A DNA stretch of 64,000 nucleotides from assembly GCA_026770705.1 (NCBI GenBank), contig JANJGN010000036.1, positions 2,294,001-2,358,000 of the forward strand. Direction: 5' to 3'. A program made the position numbers and the translations under genes. The notes beneath the pieces were generated by a model. It searched no databases. It saw only the letters and a list, made by a program, of their open reading frames with translations, and was not told the origin of the DNA. Below, piece after piece: positions 1 through 13,405 of this stretch. Source of the stretch: Isurus oxyrinchus (Eukaryota). The first letter of the stretch is position 1, and each line of letters begins with the position of its first letter.

Positions 1-236
1 GACAGCGCAGAACATTATCAGGCGGTCACCTGCATAAGTCTCCATGTATTAAACAAGTGTCAGCTCTACCCAGCTTGCATCTTTGAAGAAAATGGCTTTT
101 GAATTATTTTTGAAAGATCATGGACCATGTCAGCGTCTATCATTGGAATCAGTGTTGGGGTTGGACTGGGTTACATCCAGTGTTAAATATAGAGAGGGTG
201 TTTGGGTTAAGCTTTTCAAATGGCTCAGTTATTCAC

Positions 237-464
237 TTTTCATTATGGGATCTCTTGCCTCGTTCTCCGGAGAGTAGAATCTGTAAGTAGCAATTTAAAA
301 CTGCGAGAAGAGACATTGGGCAACCAGTTATGAAAATGTCCCTGATAAACATTGATCCTGACCTGATATGCCGGTTTTATGTGCCCCGATTAAAATGAGA
401 ATCAAGAGTAGAACTGGGATCACTGCCACCATTCTGACATCATTGTGAGTCGGAATTCACCATC
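237..464 (-). pseudogene. Gene B1 remnant (TM and cyt1 exons only)
   Basis: TM homolog 464-363 has an in-frame TGA at its third codon. Cyt1 homolog 267-237 (GERGKRSHNE) has its acceptor AG changed to CG. Leader, V and C1 are deleted. Confidence 0.8.
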
Positions 465-494
465 CTGCAGAGACAAAACAATTGGAAACTGCTA

Positions 495-727
495 CAAAAA
501 CAAAAAATACCTGGAAAATCTCAGCAGGTCCGACAGCATATGCGGAGAGGGATAGAACTGACATTTCGAGTCCATATGAACCTTCATCTGAACTAGGACA
601 TGTAGAAAAGAGATGAAACATAATTTGATCGAAGGGGGTGGGACAGGATAGCTCAAAAGGGGACCGATTGTAGGTGGAGGCCAAGAAGAGACTGTCAAAG
701 ATGTCATAGACAAAAGGACAAAGGCAT
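495..727 (-). mobile_element. Penelope terminal-repeat fragment
   Basis: Reverse-complement similarity to 37130-37265. Confidence 0.7.
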
Positions 728-1599
728 GTCTGTCGCCCAGCGGCCTTGGCTCCCTTGCCGAACAAAAATCTGTCTAACACGGGGCCTTGAATGAATTCAA
801 AGGCCCATCCGCGGCTATTTTATAGGGAAGAGAGTGGCACACACCAACGACCCTTTGGGTGTAAAAATAGAGCTCCTCATCTCTGTCTTAAAATGGAGAA
901 CTCTATCTTTAATCCTTGCCTCTAGCTTTGACCATAACAGGAAACAACCTCCGGGTATCCGCCCTATCAGGATCCCTCAGGAACGTATATGTCTAAATAA
1001 GATCACCTTTCATTCCTCTGAACTCTAATGCGAATTGCTGAATTCTCCAGGGTTCCCGATTGGATATATTGATGGCCACTATTGTTGAAATCCTGCAGAA
1101 GCAGAGTCATCTTCCTTCAGTCTGCCAAATAAGCCATTTCATAATTTTAACGACCTCGACCAGGTCACCCCTCAGTCCTCCCCTGTTTAGAGTAAAGAGT
1201 TCCAGCCGGTTCAATTTCTTCTAATAGATTTAAGATCTTAGTTCCTATATCATCCTTGTGAAATATTGACTGCACCTTTTCCAGTGCCTCTGTATCTTTT
1301 TTAGAATATGCAGATCTATGTTGTGTACTCCAACTATGGTCTAATGTGAGAACATGCCTGGTGTAATTTGTAAAACAGATGATGAGTGCGTGACACCAGT
1401 TTGACCTGCAATAAAAAGGAAAGCCGCAGAGCTGTCTACCTCCGCACTATTTACAAACCCCATCGTGTATCTATGAATAAACAGAGAACGCCATTCAATC
1501 TGCACATTTCACACCTCCTTCACACCGAGAGAACGAGAGCGAGTTCTGAGTGAGATTGGGATCGAGGGCTCAGAGTCTGATCTTCAGACGTCAGGGGCA

Positions 1600-4500
1600 A
1601 TGAGCTTCAACACTGTGTGTCATTGTCCCATCTCTTCCAGGGTGAGATATCTTAACATGTTCAGATAGAGTGGAGAAGGGTTGGGACAGAGTAAATAAGG
1701 ATATTTTTTTCCACTGGTAGGGGGGTGGGGGGGGGCGGCAATCAGGGAGACCCAGATTGAAGAGAATCAGCAAAAAAAAACAGGGTTGGGTACGAGACTA
1801 TTTTTCTTAACGAAGCAAGTTGTTGTGATCTGGAAGGCACTGCCTGAAAAGGAGGTAGAAGCGGATTCAATAGGAACTTTCAAAAAGGAAATTGGATAAA
1901 TACTTGAAAGGGAAACATTTGTAGGTATATGCGAGAAGGAGAGGGCTTGGGGTGAGGGCTGGGGGGGCGGGGGGTTGGGGTTGCAGAATGGGAGATAACT
2001 GATTAGATCTCTCAAAGTTTCAGTAGCGTGAAGGGCCGAATGGCCTCCACTGTTTTATAAGATGCAATTCAGTTCTCAAGTTCGATATAAAAATAGAGCG
2101 AATATAGTCAACAACGTGGAAACCGCATCCGTCAGGAACAATGAATGGAATTAATCCGAAATGTAACCTCCCCTGGGATAAAAGATGTGAGTTGGCTCCA
2201 TCGACATTATTAGCGATTGAGAAGAGGATAGTTTTAAGTAGATAATTAGAATAAATTATAATTCCTTTGGCAAAATAAAATGCCCAAAGTTAGCGGAGAA
2301 GACAAGGGAACGATGGGTGGATGAGAGAAAAAAATAAAACAGTTGGGAAATTTGGATTTGAAGCAACTCTTTTAATTCATTAACTTCACACAGTTCCAAT
2401 TTGTGTATCACAGAGATTAAACGAGATTTACTAGTGAATGGACTCCTCCTGTGCCCTGGAAAGACAGGAATGAAACGGCGCAAACAGCCGATTGCGCGCG
2501 ATTTTTCGATATGAGTTATATGTTAAAAAGTGACTGTGCCTCTTCCCTTTCGGAGGGTATTCGCCGGTGGGAGGCTTCAGGAGAGAGGGTGCGCGGGTGC
2601 GGGGTGGCGGGTTGCAACATAACCTGAGGTGACTCTTGTTTATTTCTCTCTTGCTCAGTTATTGTGTCTCAAACTGTCTTGTCCCAGTGTCCGCCAGTTC
2701 AAACACTCACTGAGGGGAGTCGTGCTGAACTGAGCTGCCACTCAGACAGCTCAGTCGCTGGCTCCGTCTTCTTGTACAAAACGACATGAAGCTGGTTTAC
2801 ACAGTGGGCAAGTACTTTTCAATAGAGGGGAGGTTTTCCAACGAGATTTCTGACAAAGCGGGTTATTATTAACTGATCATTACGGATACCCAGAGAAACG
2901 ATTCTGGAATGTATTACTGTGCAATCCACAATTACCAGATCCCAGCCCGAATGTTCGAAAATGGCTCCCAGTTAGTGATTACAGGTAAATTTCATTATTA
3001 TTACATCGAATTCAGCATTTCTAAAGAAATTACTGGTGTCGTGATTGAGCTGTTAATTGGGTTTCTGTTTCATTTACCAAATTTAGACTGCTTCCCGACA
3101 TATTCCTCCTCACCCCGCAGAAAGATGAGATTCCCTCCATGGAAAGGGTCCCGTTGTTGTGTTTGATCAGAGGCTTATATCCCGATTCCTTTCCCGTCCG
3201 CTGGAATGTTTCCGGACGGGATACCGAGGGACAGACCGATTCCGGGAAAATGGAGGAGGACGGGACCGCCACCATCTGTAGTTACACCAGCCTCTCGGAG
3301 GAAACTTGAGCGACGGCGCTCTCTGTACTTGCGCCGTTCAAATCAACTCCAGTGAAAATCTTTTCAATGCAAGTGTCTCATCTCAAAGAGGCAGCTGCTA
3401 ACAGTGACCGTTTAACAATCTATTTAATGTTGATGGGATGCATTGTAAATTTGTAAATTAGAATTGTTCATCTTTCCGCGTGTGTCCATGTATCATCATT
3501 TTATAATTGACCTATCACAAATCTCTCCATCTTTCAGAGTTTAGCTTTCTGAAATTCTAACTCCATCTGTTCTCTCTACCCCAGAGAGCTATGGATGTTC
3601 AGTCACTGAGACATATTTTTGTGCACTAAGGGAATAAGGGATATTGACAGTGCAGGAAAGTCCATTTAATCTACAATATTAACTGTGGTCTTATTGAATG
3701 GCGGATCTCCGTGAGGGGCTGAGGGGTCTCCTGCCCCTATTTCTTGTGTTTTTCAGGCTAGGCATATTGACATGGTTGGATGCCAATGGATCATTTGTCA
3801 GTGTGTAAAATTGAAAGGTGTGATTACATTCCCAGTGCACCACTTTGCCTCACCATGCCTGTCTACAATTATCTATTTATATCTCTTTCTACTTAACATT
3901 CACAATATTTCTGTCTGTCTTGGTTAAACAGTGAGGTATAAGACATCTTGTCTATCTGCATGCCGAGCTGTTGATCTGTCTATCTATCTCTCTTGCTCTG
4001 CATCAGTCAATCCATTTCTGTCCTAGTGCAGTGGAAGATAGCTGCTTTACATATTTACCTGTCTGTCTCTCTGTTCCCCCCTCACTCTCTGAAACCCTGT
4101 CTCAACAATATCCCCTCTCTGTGTCTGCCAGTACATCTCGCTTTTTTGCTATTCATTTTCTTGCTGTGTCACGCTCTGTCTTTATGTATTGATACATGTA
4201 TTGAACTCTCTACCTATCTCACTTTCCTTCTGTTAAACTTGTCTATTTATATCCTAGTTAAATTGTTTCGTTTATGAAATCTGGGACATTCATCTATCTT
4301 CCTATCTCTCGGTCTCTCCCCATCTCTCCCTCTTTCTTTCTCTGTATCTATTGCGCTCTCTCTTTCTCTATCCTTTTCCATCCAGTTAAACATTCTGTAT
4401 AAGTTTTATGCTCTATCTATCAGTGTCTTCATCTCCCTATCTCTATCTGTCTAACTATACGTCTATTCATCTCTCCATCCATCTTTCTGTCCATCTCTTT

Positions 4501-5810
4501 GCTCTGCTTCTTTTACTCTCCTCATCTCCCGTACTCGCTCTCCCCCTCTCTTCCCATCTCTCCATCTCCTCCTCTCCATCCCTCCCAATCTCCCATTTCT
4601 TCCTCTCTCCACAACTCTCTCCATCTCTCCCCCATTTCCCTCTCTCCCCATTTCTTCCTCTCTGGAACTCACCCTCTCTCCCCTATACCCATCTCCTTCT
4701 CTTCCGCTCTCTCTCCATCTCTCCCTCTCCTCCTCTCTCCGACTCTCCCTCTCCCCTCCATCGCCCCCTCTCTCCTTTGTTTCCCCTCCCTTCCCCTCTC
4801 ACCTCTGTCCCCTTCTTCAACTGTTTCTCTCTGTATTTCTATCATAGTTAAACAGTTTTCTCTAAGTGAACTGCTCTCTTGATCATTCTCTGTCCATCTC
4901 TCTCTGGCTTAACATTTACTTGCTATTAAAACAGTGCGCTATCTACCTCTCCCTGTCGTTCTCCTTCTGTCCCTCTTTCCTTATCACTCTAAGTTTGTCC
5001 TATTTAAATAGTGTCCTTTAAGATCGCTGCTCTCTCTCTCAGTGCTTTCTCTTTCTCTATTCAGTCTCTATAAACAGTGTTCTCTCTACCTCTCTATCAC
5101 TCTCTACTCCAATGTCCTATGCAAACTGCGTTTTTAAAGATCTCTTCCCCACCTCTCTCGTTGTCGTTCTCCCTGTCTCTCTCACTCTCTCTCTATCTCT
5201 CTTTATATATGCCCGTCCTGTTTTAAACAGTGCTCCATAAGATCTCTGCTCTCTCTTGCCACCCATCTCTCTATCTCTCTCTCTATATCCTCTGCCTCTT
5301 TTGATTTCTTTCTACATCTGTCCTGTTACAATATTGTTCTAAAAGGTCTCTGCTGTATTTTCGGGTAATGAAATGTGCAAAAATCTTTTTCCATCTCCAG
5401 GTGAAATCGTACATTCAGATTTGTCATTTTTTTTACCCATTTGTTTAATTAATTCCACAAACTTACTTCTTCATGAAAGTTCTTTTTGCAGATTCTCCGC
5501 TACCTGCCACCTACAGATTCTTGCTTTCCAGGAGGTTGTTGGCGGTAGCCCCTCTCCTTTTGGGGATGGTCCTTGTGGCCGGGACAAGGAGCTGCAGCAA
5601 CCAGCAGACAGGTGGCGATTGTTGGGAGACACTCTAACTCTGCGGCGCTCTCAATCTATCCATTTATCAATGGGTTATTGACACTTTCAGACGGTTCAGT
5701 GTGAAATGTAGCCACTTATGCTCAGTTCAAATTTTACTTTCAGACAAGCAACATTGGTGAACATTGATGAAGAACTGACAGATTCCAGAGAACAACGAGA
5801 GAATATAGAG
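1600..5810 (+). pseudogene. Gene A1 pseudogene (L-VJ-C1-TM-cyt1)
   Basis: Leader 1600-1641 (1-nt deletion), VJ 2659-2984 (13-nt deletion, TAA), C1 3087-3390 (frameshifts, W to TGA, GC donor), TM 5492-5611, cyt1 about 5749-5810. The last exon is deleted. Confidence 0.88.
4290..5330. repeat. CT-rich low-complexity tract in the C1-TM intron of gene A1
   Basis: Degenerate (CT)n/(CCT)n; homologs at 27410-28620 and 50900-52030. Confidence 0.85.
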
Positions 5811-6375
5811 GTAAAAGAATGGAACTGTTGTTGCCACAAGCGTGGGTATATTTCAAAGAATTTTAACTCATGGTTTAAATTTAATAGTTATTGCTATGAA
5901 TCTAGAAAGATTTGCGTCATGGGCACCAGAGGATGGCAGAAAATGCCTCTGGGAAAAATGAAGGGGTGATTTAAAGATAATTAAAGGATATAATCGTTTC
6001 TATGGAGAGAAACTATTTGCTCTGGTGGCGTGGAGCTGGGGGTGGGGTGGGATGAATAGTGGGGATTGGGGAGCTGGAGTCCAGAACAAGGCGGCAGAAC
6101 ATTAAAATTACTGTTAGGTAGATCAGGGATGATGTCAGGAAGCACTTTATCACAAAAAGGCGAGTGGAAATCTGGAGCTCTCTCCCCTCAAATGCTGTTG
6201 AGGCTGCGGGATCACTTGGCAATGTCAAAACTGAGGTTGATGGATTTTTGTTGGGTATGGGGACTAAGGAATATACAACCAACTTGGTAGATGGAAGTTA
6301 TGATACAGACCCGCCATGATCTAATTGAACAGACTGGAGAGCCTGAATGGCCTCCTCCTTTCCCTATGATGATGG

Positions 6376-6810
6376 TAAAACCAAAATACTGCGAATACTG
6401 GAAATCTGAAAAAAAATAGTTGGAAAAACTCAACAGGTCTGACAGCATCTGAGGAAGGGAATACTGTCAACGTTTCGAGTCCATATGACTCTTCATCAGA
6501 ACTAAAGAAATATAGACATGTGGTGAAATAACGCTCGTTCATGGGTGCGGGACAGGTAGAGACGGATAGAGGGCCAGTGATAGGGGGAGGCAAAGAAGAG
6601 ATTGCCAAATATCTCTTGGAAAAAGGACAAAAGGGTGCTGACGGTCGTGATATTATCTAAAGAAAGTGCTAATGATGCCATTGAGGTTAGAAAGTAGGAC
6701 AAACAAGTGGCAGGTGGCCCTAGTCGGGTCGCGTGCGGGGGGAAGGGATCAAAATGGTCTAAAAGGTGGATATAAAACGGTAGATCGAAATAAATTTAAA
6801 AATAGGTGGG
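6376..6810 (-). mobile_element. Penelope terminal-repeat fragment
   Basis: Reverse-complement similarity to about 36850-37265. Confidence 0.72.
6464..6500 (-). ncRNA. Minimal hammerhead-ribozyme-like motif in a Penelope terminal repeat
   Basis: The minus strand reads CTGATGA-A-GAGTC-ATATG-GACTC-GAAACGTT: conserved core boxes plus stem II. Such motifs are known from Penelope pseudo-LTRs. Confidence 0.55.
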
Positions 6811-7624
6811 ACACACACACACAAACACACGCACACGACAGGCACACACACACATGCACGGAAAGCATCAGTTTGATTTCACTTGAAAGCAGCTGCCAGA
6901 GAGAAGCTGCAAAGAGCAGAGCTACCGATAGCAAGTCCAAAGCTGAAGTTGAAGCCAAGACTCCAGATAAACAGTCAACTGGATGAAGGGACTGCAGGGT
7001 GCAAGATTTCCCAAAATAACCAAAAGTTCTCAAACTCAAGGAGTGAGACTGAAATGGTACAAAGTCCCAAGAAGGCTTACCAGTCAAATGAAGGACTGGA
7101 ATCTGGTGTGGAATTGATTGGATATATGGATACGCTCATTTTACCATGCAACTCTATCTGGAAAGTCACAGGAAGGAAGCTCTGTTCATGCTGCATCTAA
7201 ACCTCAGCTCCTCGCCTGTAAAAAAGGGCAGCTGCCAGTGAGAGAGAAACACCATCAGGCACTCAGTCTGCTGCTACCGGAAAAAGGTGGCTGATGAACT
7301 GAATGACCCAATACACACCCAAGTTTGAGTATTTTTAAAGTGAATCATTAATCTGCTCGGGAACTATTTGACAGGAAATGGTCAATGAGACCTTTAGAGA
7401 CAAAATTAAACTGGTTTGAAATTTATAATGACGGATCGAAGTACTTTAATGATGGATTTGTGGACGTTCGCTGTTTATCACCCTCTGGCACTGTTCACTG
7501 GTAGGAATCATTCTTCAAAATAAATCAGACAGAAGATTTTATGAAGGTGTTGCCCAAAATATCATCTTCACTTTTCGCCGTGGATTATTTGGTGAACTTG
7601 GTTTGCCGACATTCCACAGTCTAA

Positions 7625-8916
7625 CCTCAGCGGTGGGGAAACTATTGGAAGCAACCCTGAGGGACAGAATTTTTCGAAGAGGTGACCAGGTTTGTAGATG
7701 AGGGCAATCTACCTGACGTAGTCCACTTGGACTTCAGCAAGGCTTTTGATAAAGTCCCACATGGGAGACTGATAACGAAAGTAAGTGCCCATGGGATCCA
7801 AAGCAATTTGGCAAATTGGATCCAGAATTAACTAAGTGGCAGAAAGCAGAGGGTGATGGTCGAAGGGTGTTTTTGTGACTGGACGGTTGTGTCCAATGTG
7901 GTTCCAAAGGGATCTTTGGAACTCTTGGGCTCTTTGCAGTTTATGGTATATATAAACGATTTAGACTTGCATGCACGTGGGTTAATCAGTAATTTCGCAG
8001 ATGACATGAAAATTGGTGAGGTGGTAAATAGTGGGGAGGATAGCCTTAGATTACAGGAGGATACAGACGGGCTGGTGAGATGGGCTGATCAGCGGCAAAT
8101 GGAATTTAATCCCACTAGGTGTGAGGTGATACATTGGGGCAGGACAAGCAAGGCAAGGGAATACACGAGTTGTGGGGCCCCGGGAATATCGAAGATCAGA
8201 GGGGCCTCTGATGTTCACCTGTCCCTTAATGTAGAGAGTCAAGTAGAAAAGGTGGTTATGAAGGCATATGAGGTATTTGCCTTTATTATCCGAGGCACAG
8301 AATATAAGGGCAGGGAAGTTATGCCGGAAATATATAAATTGCTGGCTAGGCCACAGCTAGAGTATTGTGCACAGTTCTGGAATCTGCATTATAGGAAGGA
8401 TGTGATTGCACGAGAGAGAATGCATTGGAGATTTATCTGGATGTTACCTGGGCTGGAGAGTTTTAGTTATGAGGAGAGATTGGATACACTGTGGCTATTT
8501 TCTTTGGAGCAGAGGTGATTGAGGGGGTACATGATTGAGGTGTATAAAATTATGAGGGGCATAGATAGGGCAGACAGAAAGGAACTTTGCCCTTTGGTGG
8601 AGGGAACAATAACCAGTGGGCATGGATTTAAGCTAAGGAGCAGGAGGTTTAGAATGGATTTACGGATTATTTTTATCACCCAGAGGGCGGTGGGAATTTA
8701 GAACTCATTGCCTGAAAGGATGGTAGATGCAGAAACCCTTATAACATTTACGAAGTATTTGGATGTGCACTTGTGACGTAGTGGCAAAGAAGAATATGGG
8801 CTGAGTGCTGGAAAATGGGATTAGAATATTTTGATACTTGTATGACGGGTGCAGACTCGATGGGCCGAAGGGCCTTTTTCTGTGTCGTCGACCCCTATCA
8901 TGATATGAATCTATGA
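7625..8916 (+). mobile_element. CR1-clade LINE 3' fragment (decayed RT)
   Basis: DFSKAFDKVPH, YINDLD..LISNFADDMK, RPQLEYCAQFW, and a ctatga-type tail. Confidence 0.9.
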
Positions 8917-11503
8917 TTGCGCCCATTTTGGATACCTGTATGTTTCTGGATACCACAAAGCGCGGGTCAATGGGCTACAGGTTAAGTAGTTTGCGTCGGG
9001 TCATGAAATTGTTGGTCCCGGTTTCGAGGTTATAACTATCAGGAAAGATTGAAAAGTCTCTTTCCTCTAGAAAAGTGGAGGGGGTGACCTGATAGAGGCC
9101 TTTAAATTTATGAATATAGTCGGTACAATAGAAGATATTCCCACTTGTGGCAGTGAGGCAAGAACTCGGGGCCATCAATATGAGATAGTCGCCAATAAAT
9201 GCAATGAGGAATGCAGGAGAAATCTCTTTACTCAGAGAGTGTGGAGAATGTGGAACGCGCTCCCAAAAGGAGTGGTCGAGGTAAATCGCCGAGATTCACT
9301 GCAGGGGGAATCAGGATAAACACGAGTTGTAGGCTTTATGAGGATATGTTGATGGCGTGGGATGACAGGAGGTGGGAGAAAGTTCCTGTGGAGCAGAAGC
9401 TCCGGCACAGAGCAGATGGCCCATACCCCGCGGACCCTCAGGAGCAATTCTGACACAAAGAGGCAGATGGGAAGGCAGGTTCCAGGTGAAACATTCACTA
9501 AAGTATTAGCGTCATGTTCTTGTTTTTTTTTTCTTTCAACCCGGTGCGTTTCTGTAGAAATCAGAATAAATTAATGTGTTCTGGGTGAATTAAACAGAGC
9601 ACTCGTAATGATGGCCATTTCACCACACCCCACGCAAATGTTCTAAGCAGAAATGATGTTAAATTCAGCATCATTGCCTTTTTTCTCCAGTTTGAACCAG
9701 TCTGGGCTGCGCACCGCCTGTGACGCGTGTTTACCACGCTCTGCAGCGTGTTGCTCTTTTTAGTCAGAGCCGTGTGTGGTCTCCGAACCTGTAAACAGGA
9801 AACCCTCTGCTAAAACTTACACCGCGCTGAATTTTTCAGTGCGCTATTTTAAAAGGTTTCACGTAAGTCCCCACAGCACCACCTCCTCCCTCCCCCACCC
9901 CGCCCCACCGTGTCCCTGGCGCCAATATTTATCACCAAAGCAGATCATTAAATGCACGATCTGAGTCATAATCACTTTGTTATTTGTGGGCCTTGCTGTG
10001 CGCAATTACGGCTACGGCATTTCCTTCAAAACAGCAGAGACTGCACTTGAAGTAAAAAGTCCTTCATTGTCCCTGAAGCGCCTCCTTCCCTCTTTCTCCT
10101 GTTATTGTTTCAAATTTAACTCTCAATGTTTGACCCCATTAGCCCATATTAACCAGTGGATGGTCTATTATATATTTTACTGTTGTCGCCGATTCCTCAT
10201 AGCACGTATTTTATCTCTCTCTGCCATAGTAGAACGCATAATGTTAATTATAAATCTCTCAGTTAATGTATCTCAAGCAGTTTTGTCCCAGATTCCGGAG
10301 GTTCGTTGTCTCTCGCTTGGAAGTGAAACAAGGTGCATTGTGACACGGCTTAGTTGGCGGTCGTGGAGAGGGGTGGTCGACTGGTCTAAACCGAACCAGA
10401 GGACGTCTCTACAACTGGTTTACCCTGTGACAGAATAGAACTCTCCAAACGGGAGATATTCGGGATAAGTTCACCAGAATCGACTCTCTATTCTATGAAT
10501 ATGGCAGGTGTCAGAGCCAGTAATTCGGGCATGTATTATTGTGCAGCTAAGGAGTTCAGCAGGATGTCCTTAACGTTTGCAAATGGTTCAAACTGTTTTA
10601 GCACAGGTAAAAATTACGATTAATTTACACATTGTGTAAACAATAATCATGAAGTTATGGCCAATAATGATAGAATCTCAGCGCCCAATCCCACCACGTT
10701 CGCCAATAACTGCGCCCCCAGCTGAAATTCTCTCGGTGGGAGAGGAGCTATTTGTGAAGCTTGTAGGTCCCGATTCTTTTGCCCGTCCGCTGGAATGTTT
10801 CCGGAAGGGTTGTCCAGGGACAGAGTGATTCCAGGACAATCGAGCTGGACGGGACCGACACCATCAGGAGTTACATAATTCTCCGGGCAGAAAATTGAAG
10901 CAGCGGCGGTCCCACTACTAACGCCGTTGAAATCAACTCCAGTGAAAATCTTCCAAGTGAAAGTGTCTCATCTCAGAGAGGGAGCTGTTAACAGTTACAT
11001 CGTGCATTTAATGTGCGGCCCATTGTTAGTCATATATCTATGCACTTTTGAACTCCCCCGTTCAATATGTTCACGTATCATTTTCTGATCTCTTATCCCG
11101 CTCTCTTGTATCTCATCCTTTCAGTCTTTATCTTTCTGAATTATTAAGCCATCTGTCTAACTGGGATAATAGCGCATGGAGAGAGATAACCTACTTTGAC
11201 CTGTCAATGATTAATAAAATCACAAGTCTTCTGTTTACCACTTTCTATATCGATTCCTCTATTTCATGTTTTGTATTCCATTGAGCTTACAGCATCGACA
11301 CAGTGTTTTCTACCCTTTGACTCAGTGCTGATGTTTCTGCTCCATAGAACATCTGCCGACCCTTTTTCATCTCACCCCAGCAACTTATCCTTCTACTCCT
11401 TTCTCCTTCATGTGTTTATACAGCGTCATAAATCAATGCATCTCTGTAATTCACCTCAACCACTCTCTATGGAAACGTGCTCCACATTCTCCCAGTTCGC
11501 TAG

Positions 11504-12126
11504 TGTCAGGGGGAAATGAAAAATGCCACAGTAATAATTAACTGAAAAACCCATAAAATCTCCTGGCAGACATGGCTGCTAAATATATTAAGAGGTGAAG
11601 ATTACGAAATGAACATTGCATAACCTTGAAAGCCCGACTGGGGACAGAAACAGGACATAAATCAGATTAAGTGTACTCCCCACTCACATAGGGAAGGGGT
11701 AGATGGTTTTAGCTTAGATATGGAGGGACTTACAATAGACAAAGAGGGGACTTTGATGAAACACAGGCTACCTTGATCGGTGAGAGCCAAGGTTTTGCAT
11801 ACATGTTTTAATTTTGATTGGATAATCTAATTATGTATACCTCCTTTAGAATAATTGGCCAGCAAAATCACATGTTTATGTACTCAATAGGGTAGAGTTA
11901 GCATGGGACCGGTGTGTCAGTTACTGACTGGATGTATTCAAATGGACCCAAATGTGTTATGTTAAGTAAAAGTACAAAAGTAATGAAATATTAACCACCT
12001 GGGAGCTGGGTCTTCATTCTTAGGAATGATTGCAGCTCCCATGCATATGCTTGAATAAAACTGGTCAAAGAAAGCCTGAGTGTCTGTGGTCACTGTGTGA
12101 TCGGGAATTGTAACTTCTCCTCTTCA
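11504..12126 (+). mobile_element. Probable LTR (about 620 bp)
   Basis: Starts with TGT and ends with CA, has AATAAA at about 12055, and is absent from the homologous positions in units 2 and 3. Confidence 0.5.
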
Positions 12127-12759
12127 AGTCGCCTATGCGGTAGTTGCCAGTTTGGAGGGCAGAGCAGCACTGAGCCAAATGGCAGAAAACACTGTGTCGT
12201 TGCAGGAAGCTCTGAGGAATACTCATAAGGAAATAGAGGAATCGAGAGAGAAAGTGGGAAACAGAAAATTTGGGGTGCTATTTAATCCTTGGTTACCCCA
12301 CAGATTTCTTTTTTCTACAAAAGAATAAGACATCCTGCTCAAACTTCCCTGATTGTAATAACCTCTCAGTTTTGGTATCATTCCAGCAAACCTTTTCTTT
12401 TTCTCACCTGCTCCTGTGCCTGCATATTCTTTTTTAATATATGCAGAACAGAATAATTCATAGGACACTATGTACGGTCCAGCTAAGTTTTGATTTGGCT
12501 TTAAAGCCACCTTTCTTCTGTTCATTGCTGGGACTGATTTTTTATCACCTTATTATCCTCTATCACTACTTTCAATAATATTTGTGTTGTGCCTCAGAAC
12601 CCTCTGCACCACTATCCGATTTGAATGTTTATTTTCCACTGAGTGTTTTGCTCATGCCCTATCACTTTTTCTAACCCAGATCCCGATCATTCTCCTTCCT
12701 AGTTAAATGGTCTCCATATAACATTTCATCCAAGGCAAAGGAAATGAGTTCGCTAGATT

Positions 12760-13012
12760 CTGGATAAAGAAATTTCTTTAGCCAGAGAGTGGTGAAACTA
12801 TGGAATTCGTTGCCACAGAAGGCTGTGGAGGCCAGGTCATTGAGTGTATTTAAGACCAAGATAAATAGGTTCTTGGTTGGTAAGGGGATCAAAGGTAACG
12901 TGGAGAAGGCGGGAGAATGGGGTTTAAAAACTTATCAGCCATGATTGAATGACGGAGCAGACTCGATGGGCCGAATGGCCTAACTTCTGCTCCTATGTCT
13001 TATGGTCTTATG
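12760..13012 (+). mobile_element. Short CR1/HER1-type 3' end insertion
   Basis: FFSQRVVKLWNSLPQKAVEA followed by a ggtcttatg tail; absent at the homologous site about 38955. Confidence 0.7.
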
Positions 13013-13315
13013 GATGACAAGAGCTGCTTAGTGTTTCATGCATGGCAGACAAACGCTTAGCATCACTAACTATACATGTAAATGGTGAGCATTTCTAAAT
13101 AGATAGGTTCGTTAAGTGCACCCAGCACTGATGTGTGACGTGTTGTCAAGCTTAACACATTTAATAGAGACTGCTCTTTCAAGACGTGCACAAGTGGACA
13201 GTTAAAGAGAATACGTGAGATAAAACCTGTATGGAGTTCGACAAGGTCTCCATGTGTTTGTGTATTATAAATTTACCTAAGTACCCCTAACTCGCACCTG
13301 GCCTTCTTATAACTC

Positions 13316-13405
<90 letters not shown>

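Noticed and set aside
4408-4882. Long Ser/Leu/Pro-rich ORFs (also 27726-28373 and 50925-51860)
   Set aside because: Artefacts of stop-poor CT-rich low-complexity DNA.
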